Positions 27,214 to 38,983 of a stretch of DNA of 64,000 bases are shown piece by piece. The notes under the pieces were generated by a model, which made no database searches, was not told where the DNA came from, and was given only the letters and a program-made list of their open reading frames with translations. The DNA comes from Eledone cirrhosa (lineage: Eukaryota), in the NCBI GenBank assembly GCA_964016885.1, contig OZ024742.1:25854001-25918000 (forward strand), read 5' to 3'. The translations under genes and the position numbers were made by a program. Numbering within the stretch: position 1 is the stretch's first letter; each line of letters opens with the position of its first letter.

Positions 27214-27685
27214 GGAAAATGGTGTGAGCATAAGCGAGAGACAGTTCTAGAAAATGTTCGGGTGAAGGTGCTGCGGGATTTCATGATAGAAACTGATAAA
27301 AAATTATAAGACAAAAGGCTTCACCTTGTGATATTTGATAAGGAAAAAAGATACTGCTTGATTATAGATGTAGCTTGTCCCTTTGACGAAAAGAAGAAGG
27401 AGAAAATTAGCCGATTCAATGATGTAAATTGTAAACTGGTAAGGTCAACTTCTTCCCAATCGTTATAGGACCATTAGGTACTCACGCGAAGAGTTCCATA
27501 GCTGGATAAATGCGTTTAACCCAGCCCCCTGTTTGTGAAACACTGCAAAAGACAAGTTTACTGGGAACAGCAAGGACCCTCCATTGTATCCTTAATATCT
27601 AAAGTTGGTGATAACGGCTTCATGTTCATTAGGGCACATTTTCTGTTTAAATAACATCAATGACGGAGACATAAAATTCATGATG
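27214..27685 (+). mobile_element. R4/Dong-type element, 3' fragment (RLE domain and 3' UTR), degenerate
   Basis: KWCEHKRETVLEN.RVKVLRDF..CLIIDVACPFD..LLGTARTL..ILNI. The 3' UTR AATAACATCAATGAC matches copies B and C. The fragment is preceded by (AAT)n. Confidence 0.8.
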
Positions 27686-28080
27686 ATAATTACAGTATTA
27701 AGAAGATGAAGAAAAAGAAGAAATAGGAAAATGAAAGTGCAGAACTATGAAAGAGTATTAATGAAGGAGAGTCAAAGGGAATCTGAAAACCAAGAGGACA
27801 TAAAAGAAAGAGACATTGAAAGAACAATCGGTGAAGAAATAAAAAGGAAAAAAAAACAAAGTACGAGAAAATATGTCAAGATGGCGATGGAAGATAAAGC
27901 AGTAGATAAAATAGAAAGAATGTTATGAAGGAGTAGAATTTTGAGGAAAGTAGAGGAGGGAAAAACAAACTGTTGAGTAGGGACATATGAAAGTTGATGA
28001 AAGTTGATTATAGAGACAAAAAACAAAGATATAAATATTTACATAATAATGATGCTGATGATGATGATAATAATTATTAT

Positions 28081-28263
28081 TATTTCTACTTTTGGCAAAG
28101 GCCAGCAATTATCCCAGTGCATTACTGGTACTTTATTTTTTCGACCCCGTAAGGATGAAGGGCAAAGTTAACCTCGGCGGGATTTGAACTCAGAACGTAA
28201 AGGGCTATAACTCAATGCTGCAAAGCATGGTGTCTGGCGCTCTACCGATACTGCCAATCCACC
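28081..28263 (-). mobile_element. tRNA-derived SINE family A, full length
   Basis: Same A/B boxes and body as the other copies, flanked by AAT repeats. Confidence 0.85.
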
Positions 28264-28279
28264 AATAATAATAATATTA

Positions 28280-31200
28280 TATTTATTGGCCACAAGGGCT
28301 AACATGAAGAAACACATTACAGACGACACAGAACAGTACAGGACGATACAAAATGGGTTTTGGTCGTGTATACAGGTTATAACAAGATAGAAATCGAGAT
28401 AGAAATAAAAAAAATTAAAACAACAAAAATTCCCCCAAAAGGGGGAAACCTCTGAGGGTCACTCGTGGTGAAAACCATACATAAGACGACGGTCACCCTG
28501 ACCACCAGGGCAAGTGCCCTCTCTCACTTTTCCCACACCTCAGTCTACAAGCACATACTCAGAGCGGGCTCTTTCATTCGGACCAGCCTCGCCACTTTTA
28601 CCCACCGTTCAACAAACTTACTACAAGACAGCACGTGCTTCTCTACCCTGATTTTCCTCTTCAAGTGAAACTTGAAAAAGTTAATCAGGGATTGGCCGGA
28701 GAGGAAAGTGTCCGTCTTCAACCCTTTCAACCTTGTCCATCACACAATCTTTCGCCATGGCCACCAGGCAGATGAAAACTGCCTGCCCTTCCTCCTATTT
28801 AAAGGAGGATAGCGAGGCTATCTGCACAATGGACTCAGTCGATAACCGATAAGCATTGCCTTCGCTGCCGGCCACGTCCAGCACCATCGACTTTCCTTCT
28901 GGGTCCAGCGAGATCCAAGCCTCTCCGAAAAAGCACGGCAACCCCTCCCCCTCCCCCGATCCTGGGCGGCTGGAAGATGCGTATTTCATCGTAGCCGCCG
29001 AAGATCGGTGCGAAGGCTCGTGCTTCGGAGATTCTGGTCTCGCTAATGGCCACTACATCTATGTTTAGTGACCTGAAGTCGTTGAGCAGGTGGCTCTGCT
29101 TCCATGCTACCCCAGGCCACGCGCATTTATGCTGCCTATTCTGAGTGAGGTCATGATGAAAAGGAGTGGAAATAGATGGGAAAGACCACTTACCTCATTT
29201 CTTGTAGCGGAAGGATGGTTTTTCCATCCTTCTCTCTGCTTGTGGCCTCCTCCGGAAGGATGTCCTCATAAATCCTCCTGGAGACTGTTTGTCGGAAGTC
29301 TCCGATGTCCTTGGGAATTTTAGTTTTAGTGTCGTGTACGTTTTCTGTATGATGCGAGTGATTTGTATGTGTGGAGGTGGTGTGAATTTTTGAGGTGTGT
29401 GTATAGTCTTTTTCTGTGATGCTGGTGTTGTGTTGGATGTAGTTTAATAATTGGTTGTTGTTCAAATTTAATGCTGTATAGTGCGTCTCGTTTTGGTTGT
29501 TTTGTTTTGTTTGCGTTTATTGTGAGTTGGTTTCTGTTTCGCTTTTTGGCGATTTTTGTGGTGTTGGTGATGGTGGTTTTGGGTTTAATGATGGTCAAGG
29601 TGTTGGTGTTTGTGGTGATGAGGCTGGTGATGCTGGTGTGAGTGGTGGATATAGCTGTCTTAACTTTTTTGTTTGTTTATTTGCTTCCCCCTGCATTTTA
29701 TTTTTGGAGAGGGTTTCTTCTATTTTGCTTTATTTTTTATTTTTTATTTTTTATTTTTTATTTTTTATTTTTTATTTTTTATTTTTTATTGTTTCCTGAT
29801 ACAGTTTCCCACCCCTCCTCATTGTCACAATCTGTCTCCAGTTGCGATAGGTCGGCTGTGGAAAATCGTCCACAGGTGTTGGTTTTGGTTGTGGCGTGGT
29901 GGATGGTGGAGGCGCTGGTGCTAATTCTGGCGCGGTGGGTGGTGGTGGTGGTTGTTGGTTTTGTTACTGTTTTGCTACAGTTGTTGTGGTTGTTGCTGCT
30001 ACAGTTGCTGCCATTACTGCTGCTGATTTTGAATGTTGAGTCACTGGGGTGGATAAGAGAGGTAGCCTCAACTTTTTAGCCTGAGGGCAGAAAGTATTTA
30101 AGTGGGTTCCTTCGCCACAAACGACACACCTAGGCCTTCTACCCTCAAACGATTACGGTGAGGTGGCTGCCATCATTGAGCTCTATCACCTCTGGAATTT
30201 GCTCAATGTTTTTTGGAACCACTTGGATCAGGAGCTCCATTCCACATCAGGACCAGTTCCCCTGCTTTTCTTTGGTTACCACAATTATTTTTGTGATGGC
30301 TTCGATGTCCTCGAGGACAGCAGCCATTAGCCAGGGAATTTCGATGGCCGATGGAACGTGGGTCATCCTGATCTTAACGAGTCTCTGATCACAATAGCTT
30401 AGGATGAGTGTGAACTCGTCACTTATTAATGATCCCATGGAGTGCTCTCTGGTTTCCTGTGGGGTTCCAAAGAACAGGTTCACGGTTCCATATTTCTGCT
30501 CACGTCTGATGAGGGTTTTTCTGGCCGTCTCATGTCGCAAAGCTTTTTGTATCTGGGACTCGGATGCCCGTTCCACTCGGCGTGATTTTGTGTTTATCAT
30601 CCGATATGACACGGGGCATAGGCGCGGATGGTCCATTTTATTAGATGGGGGGAGGGGGCTGACCCTGTATCCATCCGTTTTTTAACATTCACTTGGCTTC
30701 ATTCAATTCATCCTGGGTTACCTCTATTGTTTCGCTTTTTTTGGCTGCTTTGGCAAACGACACATTTTGTTTTGCACTGGAGTTGATGTTGTTGTTTTTC
30801 GCATTGTTGTTGTTGTTGCTGTTATTGTTATTGTTATTTTTTGTTATTGTTATTTTTAGTTTTAGTTGTGGTGGTGGTGGTGGTGGTGGTAGTGGTGTGG
30901 TGTCAGTGGTGTTCGGCGTGGAAGAGTCGATTCTGGGTGAATCCATTTCAAAGTCACGAGATAATTTATTTTTTGTTTCTGTTGTCGATGTGGTGGTGGT
31001 GGTGGTATCAGTGGTGTTGGATGTTCTCTTTGACATTGTGGTGGTGGGCGTGGCGGCTTTAACAACTGCAGTTATTGGTAATGGCTGGAAATCCATGTTT
31101 TTATGCGGCAAATCTAAATAATTGAGTCTGCTATTAATTATATTTTCAGTGTTGGCAACCGTGGCAAGGCTTACAATGGTGTTGTTGGTGGCTGGGGTTG

Positions 31201-31441
31201 TCGGTCTGTTAAAAACAGGGGATTTGTCGTCCATGTTTTTTTTTCGAAGAAATATTTTGTTTGATAAATAAAAGGCTTAAATTTAGGGCTCAATATTATT
31301 GAGTATCCTTTTCAAAAAGCAATATATGTGAACTTATAAACACTTAACACCAAAATGTTTCCATAACTGACAATTTGAAACTACTGAAAACAACAAACCT
31401 TTGCCGAGCTCACGCTAATACGATTTCCTACGTAGGTCGCC
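28280..31441 (-). mobile_element. Tx1/L1-clade element, copy T2, with a large internal ORF2 deletion
   Basis: ORF1 remnants span 31234-29190 (KSRRVERASESQIQKAL; knuckle near 30090-30130). ORF2 starts at ATG 29154, and its APE start joins directly to the C-terminus (LKGLKT..FFKFHLKRK) near 28850. (AAT)n lies at both ends. Confidence 0.88.
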
Positions 31442-31496
<55 letters not shown>

Positions 31497-31497
<1 letters not shown>

Positions 31498-31950
31498 GGG
31501 AAGAAGACGCACGAGGTGGTAGAAGGTCATGAAATCGCTCCCGTAAGTTTTTGATTTTTAACATATTTAAATCAATTGTGAAATAACAATTCTTAGTACA
31601 AATAACGCTTAAACCACCGAATCAAGTCTCATAAAATTTCGGATCGATAATATATTGTTACATCGCTCAAATATTCAATTTTGTATTATATATTTTATGT
31701 TCAAAAAAGAAAATGGTTATAAATGGAAGAAAACTCCCTCTGTCTACACTATATAGAACAGCCAAATAACAGCAATTTCAGTAACACCAGAAACTTGATA
31801 CACTACCTACCCCATCACACTAAATATAACAGCCAGATAACGGCAATTTCACCACCACCACCACCAATCCCAGCATCATAATAATAATTACTATTATTAT
31901 TGTCTCAAGTTTTAACAAAATGTTTAATTCCAATTTTACGGGAATATCTC
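31497..31950. repeat. Recurrent non-coding unit X, copy 1
   Basis: GGGAAGAAGAC..CCCGTAAGTTTT..CGCTCAAATATTCAATTTTGTATT..CTACACTATATAGAACAGCC is homologous to 44254-44720 and 63618-63850. Confidence 0.85.
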
Positions 31951-32354
31951 AACACACATATTAAACATACGCGACACAAACGCATAGATACTAAAGATCA
32001 AACAATACTAGTCCACTCAACAAAACTCAGTAACGACAACGCCACCACCGCCAGCACTCCATCCATCATTGCTACCACTACCCCATCACCGCCGCCACCA
32101 CTCCTTCATTGCTACCACCACTATTCCCCTGTTAACTTAAGAAAGGGGAAGGTAGCGGTATCACTAGACAAGGGAGAGGCTAGCAAAAGATATACATAGA
32201 TTGACTTAGTGACCTGATCACTGGCCAAACGTCACCATTTATGGCACTGCTGGCTCCCCCTTCCTCACCAACAATATAAAAAGCCCCAGCACCACCACCG
32301 ACATAGCCAACAACAATAACAGGCAACTTCAGCAAAAAGTATATTATATTATTG

Positions 32355-32403
32355 TAATGCACTGGGTGATTGCTGGCCTTGTGCCTGGAGTGGAGACAAT
32401 TAT
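32355..32403 (+). mobile_element. SINE family A 3' fragment
   Basis: TAATGCACTGGGTGATTGCTGGCCTTGTGCCTGGAGTGGAGACAATTATT. Confidence 0.65.
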
Positions 32404-32429
32404 TGCAATGCTCATATTAAGGAACCACG

Positions 32430-35400
32430 CATGATAATAACAATTTAAAAAAACAACAAAAAAGAAAACCCGGTGACCAAGAAATACCGGGATGGCGGCC
32501 GGCGGGGAATAGCCGTGTCTCTAGGAGAGAACGAGCCCTCTAGTCTTGGTTGACACCCGTTCTAGAAGTGGTAAGACGAAATGATTACTCCTTGGCGAAT
32601 AAGGATAAAACGCGACAAAATAAAGTAAATGTCTAATGATAAAATCTCATACCGGGTAAAAAAGGGCCACGTCCCTCAGAGAGGAACCAGACTGGGGTCG
32701 AGAAATCAGCTAATGGTTCAAACCTTCCCATCACTTCGGAGCTGGAGACCTCCCATAACCGGAATACTCCTACTGTTGGCCCTCCATGCTCACCACCAAT
32801 AAACCAAAGATAAAGAGAGAAAAATGGTCAAGGGAAGATAATAAAGAAGTCCTTGAGGCTTTCTACACTGCCATGTACTACCCATCAAATACATCGAATA
32901 CAGAACAGACATATATCAACTGGAAAAAGAAACATCCCGAAAACAGAGGCTATATTGATAGTAACAAACTAGCCAATATACGAAGAAATATTGTAAAAAA
33001 AAAAGTTACTTACTGATATAGAAATTGATCAGATCAAGCTATTAGCACAAACTCAGCGAAGGGAAAATGAAACATGTGTCAGTGAAAACGAGGTAAATTG
33101 TAACACTTCGAATCCCAGAGTTGGGGCGGAATCACTGGCAACAGAACAAATTAAAGAAAGGATCGAAAAAGTGGAGGGCGTGCATGCTCAAGATGAAACT
33201 CCAAATGAAAATAATGAGATCGTAAATGATAAAGAAATGAATGAGTATGAACTTGCCAACTTGAAGGATGAAATTATGATCGAATGGATGAAAATGAAAG
33301 AATCTGACATGGGGCAACGAGACACCCTCCCTAAGATCCAGAACTCCAAACAGAACCAAAAGATAATACACAAGTCTAACATAATTCTCAAAAACATTAT
33401 CATCACAAACAAACTAAACATTACTGATTTAAATCATCTCTATTATGCATCGGCTAAAGTCACCACTCACTTATGTGGAGTGAAGCTGAAAAAACAAAGG
33501 AATTCCCATAAGAAATATACTTGGCAAGAGAACATCAATCGCCAAATAAACATTCTCCGATCTGACATAGAAATTTTAACAAACTATAAAGTAGGTGAAC
33601 ATGTTAAACAAACTAAACTTAGAAAATTGAAAAGAAAGTATAGTATAAAATCAACAAGTGACATAGACATGCTGATAGAAATAATCAAGCAAAAGTGTCG
33701 GCCAAAGCTGCTCGTATAAGGCGCTTTGAAAAACGATCTAGATTCTATAAGGAAAATAATATGTTCAAAAACAACCAAAGAAACTTCTACAGAAAAATTG
33801 GTAAGTCAACAATAACTGCTAAATCAATACCACCCAAGGAGGAAGTGCAAGAATTCTGGGAAAAGATCTGGGCCGAAGAAAAAGTTCATAACATACATGC
33901 CCCATGGATAGAGAGACAAATGTAAGATACAGCTCACCTTGAGGAACAAATATGGGAAAACATAACAGTTGAACAGTTGCGTTTGGCCCTGAGAAAAACC
34001 AGCAAATGGAAATCCCCAGGAAAAGACAAAATACAAAATTTTTGGATAAATGCCTTCACAGAGTCTCATGAGCTGTTAGCCCAACTTTACAATGAAATAG
34101 TTAAGGAGCCATAAAATGTTAACATCAGTCCTAACTGAATACACATATGACCACCTGATAACAAATGACCTATTTCCTATTGAGCAGAAAGGGTGTAAAC
34201 GAGGCTCATATGGCTGTAAGGATCAGCTTTTGGTTAACAAAATGATACTGGAAGATTGTCATAATAGACACAAACATCTATCAATTGCTTGGATAGATTA
34301 TAAAAAAGCATTCGATAGTTTGCCACACAGTTGGATTGAAAAATGTTTAGAGATTTTCAAAATATCCCCCGTTGTCAGGAGGTTTTTGTCATTCAGTATG
34401 AAGACATGGAAAACGACACTCCTTTTGAATAGTGAAACAAAATCACTGGAAGCTGGAGAAGTTAATATTAATTGTGGAATTTTTCAGGGTGACTCTTTAT
34501 CACCGCTTTTATTCTGCATCGCACTTATACCATTAAGTAAAATGCTCAATGAAACAAAACATGGATATAGAGTCTATGACAAAACCATTAATCACCTGTT
34601 CTACATGGATGACCTGAAACTATTTGCAAAAAATGATGAACAATTGCAAGGGCTATTATCCACTGTGAAGCAGTTCAGTGATGACATTAAAATGGAGTTT
34701 GGACTGGATAAATGCGCCAAAGCAACGTTCACCAGAGGAAAGCTGCTGAAGAGTTCAGACATTAATCTTGATCGGGGGAACGTGATAAGAGAGCTTGATC
34801 AAGAACAAACTTACAAATATCTAGGTGTTTGTGAAGGAGACGGAATCAAGCACTCGACAATGAGGGAAAGGATAAGGAAGGAATGTTACCGCAGAGTCAG
34901 AGCAATCTTAAGAACGGAATTGAATGCAAGGAATAGGATCGATGCCATAAACACGCTTGCCATACCAGTAGTAATCTACAGTTACAATGTCATCAACTGG
35001 TCAAGCACAGAGATCCGTAGGCTCGATACAAAAATCCGAAAATTCTTAACCATGCACAGAATGCATCACCCTAAGGCAGACATAGATAGAATATATCTCC
35101 CTAGGAAAGAAGGAGGACGTGGGTTAATCCAGTTAGACATTGCGTTGAAAACTGCAACAATTGGATTATCCACATATCTAAGGGAATCACATGATTGGAT
35201 GATCAAACTCGTTTTGAAACACGAAAGCACCAAAAGATCATATTCCATTACAAAAGATGCACAAAGATACAGTAATGGACTACAAATTTCAGAAGTCCCA
35301 TTTACTGCTGAAATGGAAAACACAGAAAAAGCAAAGCAGGTAAAAGTAACTGCAAAGAAAGAACTGCTACAGAAACTGGCTAAGAAATGGCAAGAAAAGC

Positions 35401-36295
35401 CTCTGTATAGAAAATACCCAGAGCGAGCTAACAATCCCGATGTTGACAAAACTTTAACCCATCAGTGGTTGGCATCCTCTGGACTGAAATCGGAGACTGA
35501 AGGACTGATTATATCCGCACAAGATCAGTGTCTGCCAACAAAAAATTACCAAGCCAACATAATAAAAAATGGGTGCAGCCCATTATGCCGTGTATGCAAA
35601 AAACAACCAGAGACCATTGACCATATAATTTCAATGTGCAGTCCTATAGCTCCAACCGAATACCTAAACATGCATGACAGAGCTGCACAATACATACATT
35701 GGATAATGTGCAAGCATTTTGACCTGCCCCATCAAAAGAATTGGTGGGAGCATCAACCACCTCCCATACTTGAAAAAGATCACATCTCAATCTTGTGGAA
35801 CTTTAGCATCCAAACAGACCGAAAAATAGATGCAAATAGACCTGATATAATATTGAAGGACTTTCAAAGGAGGGTATGCCTGCTAATTGATATGTCTGTT
35901 CCAATAGACAAGAATGTATCTATAAAAACATTTGAAAAATTGAGCAAGTATAAGGACCTGGAGATAGAAATTGGAAAAATGTGGAAATTGAGAACTAAAA
36001 CAATACCAGTGGTTGTAGGCGCTCTGGGAATGATACCTAAGGGGTCTAACGACTACTTATCGCAAATCCCAGGAAACCCGCGTATAGGAGAAATACAAAA
36101 GATAGTACTAATGGGAACTGCCCATATACTAAGGAAGATCCTGTCAATATAAGTACATCACAAGTCTAAACACTAAGGATGCATGTGTGAATATGTGTGT
36201 TCTTTCTTGAACATGGCGGACCTTGTTGTCTCTTGAGGTCACTGGTTGTGACTTGGTGATAACTCGTATAAACATAAAGCAAGATAAATGCAAAT
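32430..36295 (+). mobile_element. R4/Dong-clade RLE non-LTR retrotransposon, copy A
   Basis: Single-ORF type broken into 32786-33016, 33171-33719, 33695-33925 and 34116-36152. It ends in (AAT)n at about 36293. The 5' boundary is approximate. Confidence 0.9.
34116..36152 (+). CDS. Dong A RT, CCHC knuckle and restriction-like endonuclease (678-aa open segment of a disrupted ORF)
   Basis: [65 protein letters not shown], and RPDII..LLIDMSVP..EKLSKY. The preceding NYRPITCL block is deleted near 34113. Confidence 0.88.
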   Translation: MLTSVLTEYTYDHLITNDLFPIEQKGCKRGSYGCKDQLLVNKMILEDCHNRHKHLSIAWIDYKKAFDSLPHSWIEKCLEIFKISPVVRRFLSFSMKTWKTTLLLNSETKSLEAGEVNINCGIFQGDSLSPLLFCIALIPLSKMLNETKHGYRVYDKTINHLFYMDDLKLFAKNDEQLQGLLSTVKQFSDDIKMEFGLDKCAKATFTRGKLLKSSDINLDRGNVIRELDQEQTYKYLGVCEGDGIKHSTMRERIRKECYRRVRAILRTELNARNRIDAINTLAIPVVIYSYNVINWSSTEIRRLDTKIRKFLTMHRMHHPKADIDRIYLPRKEGGRGLIQLDIALKTATIGLSTYLRESHDWMIKLVLKHESTKRSYSITKDAQRYSNGLQISEVPFTAEMENTEKAKQVKVTAKKELLQKLAKKWQEKPLYRKYPERANNPDVDKTLTHQWLASSGLKSETEGLIISAQDQCLPTKNYQANIIKNGCSPLCRVCKKQPETIDHIISMCSPIAPTEYLNMHDRAAQYIHWIMCKHFDLPHQKNWWEHQPPPILEKDHISILWNFSIQTDRKIDANRPDIILKDFQRRVCLLIDMSVPIDKNVSIKTFEKLSKYKDLEIEIGKMWKLRTKTIPVVVGALGMIPKGSNDYLSQIPGNPRIGEIQKIVLMGTAHILRKILSI

Positions 36296-36939
36296 AATAA
36301 TAATAATAATAGTATTAGTAGCAGTAGTATTAGTATTGGTCGCATTAGTAGTTTGCGTTGAAACATCCGTAGACAACTGATGAAGGGAAAATGTCTGTCT
36401 CTTTTTTGTGTTCCCTTTTCTAACACCCGTTATCAGTAACCACGCAGCCTCGTACCTCTCAGTCTATATATATCTATAAAAAGGTATGGATAAATATGTT
36501 GGTAGATACCAATACTTAGGTAGCTAGGCAGATAGAAATAAATATAGATATACATGCATATATTTTCCGATGAATATATATATATATATCTCAAAACACA
36601 CATATGCATATATATCTATATTTATATTTATCTTTCTAGCTACCTATGTATCAGTATCTACCAACATATTTATCTATAGCTTTATATATATATATACACA
36701 CACACACATACATGCCTTATTGACTGTATTGACTCATGCATTGTACACCAATTTTCCTTGCTTATAACTTTCTTGCCTGTATTTGTTTTGCTTATACTTT
36801 TTACTTATACCTCTTACACTTTCAACCAGTGCTGCCTGTAATTGTGTTCTTTCAAGCATGCCTATGACACTAATAACAATTATGTACCCTAAGTGTTCTA
36901 AATGACTAGGATTTTAGTAACATGTTTCGACATCCATTA

Positions 36940-36992
36940 TGCTCCGATGACACCAGACTTCCCTCTGGAAGAAACAATTGTCAACAAATAAA
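36940..36992 (+). ncRNA. Degenerate minimal hammerhead motif
   Basis: TGCT-CCGATGA-CACCAGA CTTCCC TCTGGAA-GAAA-CAATTG-TC-AACA-AATAAA. It has a U-to-C change in the core, a palindromic stem III and a GUC site. Confidence 0.5.
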
Positions 36993-37156
36993 TGTTATAA
37001 ACTAAAATTTGATCGTTTTAACACTTTGTATCTCGGCTCTGTAAAACACTTGAAAATTTGCATTGAGCCTTTTGTCATACCGGTAACCGGCTAGTATTAG
37101 TACTACCCTACATATTTATAGTTGTATCAAACATATATAAATATAAATATTATTAT

Positions 37157-37327
<171 letters not shown>

Positions 37328-37332
37328 TGTAC

Positions 37333-37378
<46 letters not shown>

Positions 37379-37699
37379 CATTTATTAGGTTTACATAGTC
37401 AAATGTTGATTGATATTTCAGAGACATCACCTCTCCTACCAAACAAAATGTTATTTATCTTCATTTGTGAAGTTATTGCTTTTTATCGCATGGGTGCGCT
37501 CGTGTTGTGTATATATGTTATATATGCCGTTCTATGTGTCTCTATTTTTTTTATTATAGTATTGCCACTATTGCTGTTGATATAGTTGGTGATGTTTTAT
37601 TTTTCTTGATGGCATTTATTTAATCGGAAACAATTTTAGTACACTCCACTGCATTCCACCTCCACAAAAACAAATAAAACATCAACAACAACAACAATT

Positions 37700-37708
37700 A
37701 TAACAATG

Positions 37709-37793
<85 letters not shown>

Positions 37794-38650
37794 TAATAAT
37801 AACATCAGCATGAATAACATGAGCAACGGAAAGAAGGACAGTAACAAATTTCGAAAACAGAAACATCAAATGTTTCAGCCACACAAAAGACAGCAGCAAG
37901 AACTAACAATAACAACAACTGCAGTAGAACGAATCAAATACAGATCGTAAGAGCAACAACAGCAAGAACAACAATACCAGAGGTATGGACAGAATGACAT
38001 TCAACAAAAAACAACAGCATATACAACAAGAAAATTATCAGTGGAATTATATAAATAAAGATGTACAAAAAACACACACACAACAAGAACAACAACAGTA
38101 GTAACAGAATTAACTGCAGAAATCTCTACAACAATAATAGCTATAGCAACGGAATTAAGAGCCGAAACAACAACAACAACAACAACACCGGCAACTTATA
38201 TAACAACAATAACATATACAACAAGAACAGAAACAACAACAAAAACAAAAAGACGAACAATAACAATGAAGCATTACGAATATAGAAGAAGAAGAAGAAG
38301 AAGAAGAAGAAGAAGAAGAAGAAGAAGAAGAGTGATAAGAACGACGACCAAAATAGCAGCCCTGACAATACAATAATAAAATATAGTTAAATGACATAAT
38401 CAAACATTAGATACTGAGAATATCAACACGACATATTGTAGGAAAATGGAAGATGCTTAGTTAATATTTGAATCATAACGTTTTCGAAAAATACAAAATG
38501 AAAAATGGAAAACGAAACAAAACGAAAAAAATGAACATACACCAAAGAAATACACTGTCAAAAATATATTAACAACTACAATAACGAAAATAATAAATTA
38601 AGAAATGGAAAACAAATTATTCAAATAGTAATGATTATAACAACAGCAAC

Positions 38651-38703
<53 letters not shown>

Positions 38704-38722
38704 TAATAATAATAATAATAAT
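37700..38722. repeat. Low-complexity region: (AAT)n, (AAC)n, (GAA)n
   Basis: (AAT)n at 37710-37790 and 38651-38722; (GAA)n at 38285-38330. Confidence 0.95.
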
Positions 38723-38983
38723 GATTTCTTTATTAACCACAAGGGTTTACATAAAGTAGACATTAAGGACAGTGCAGGACAATGCAGGACGGTACAAATG
38801 GGCATTTCTGCGTGTAAAAAACAAAAACAGAGGATGTAACAAAAATAACAATGAAAATAACAATGAAAAATTCCCCAATAGGGGGGAGACTTCGGAGGGA
38901 CATTTGTGGAGAAAGCCCAGTAAAAAGCCACAATGACCCTGACCACCAAGGCAAGTGCCCTCTCCCAGTTTTCCACCTTTAAT

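Noticed and set aside
32660-32720. Possible HDV-like ribozyme at the Dong A 5' end (GAACCA...CTAA-TGGTTC)
   Set aside because: I could not build the P1/P3/L3 nested pseudoknot in the correct order, and the region probably encodes the ORF N-terminus.
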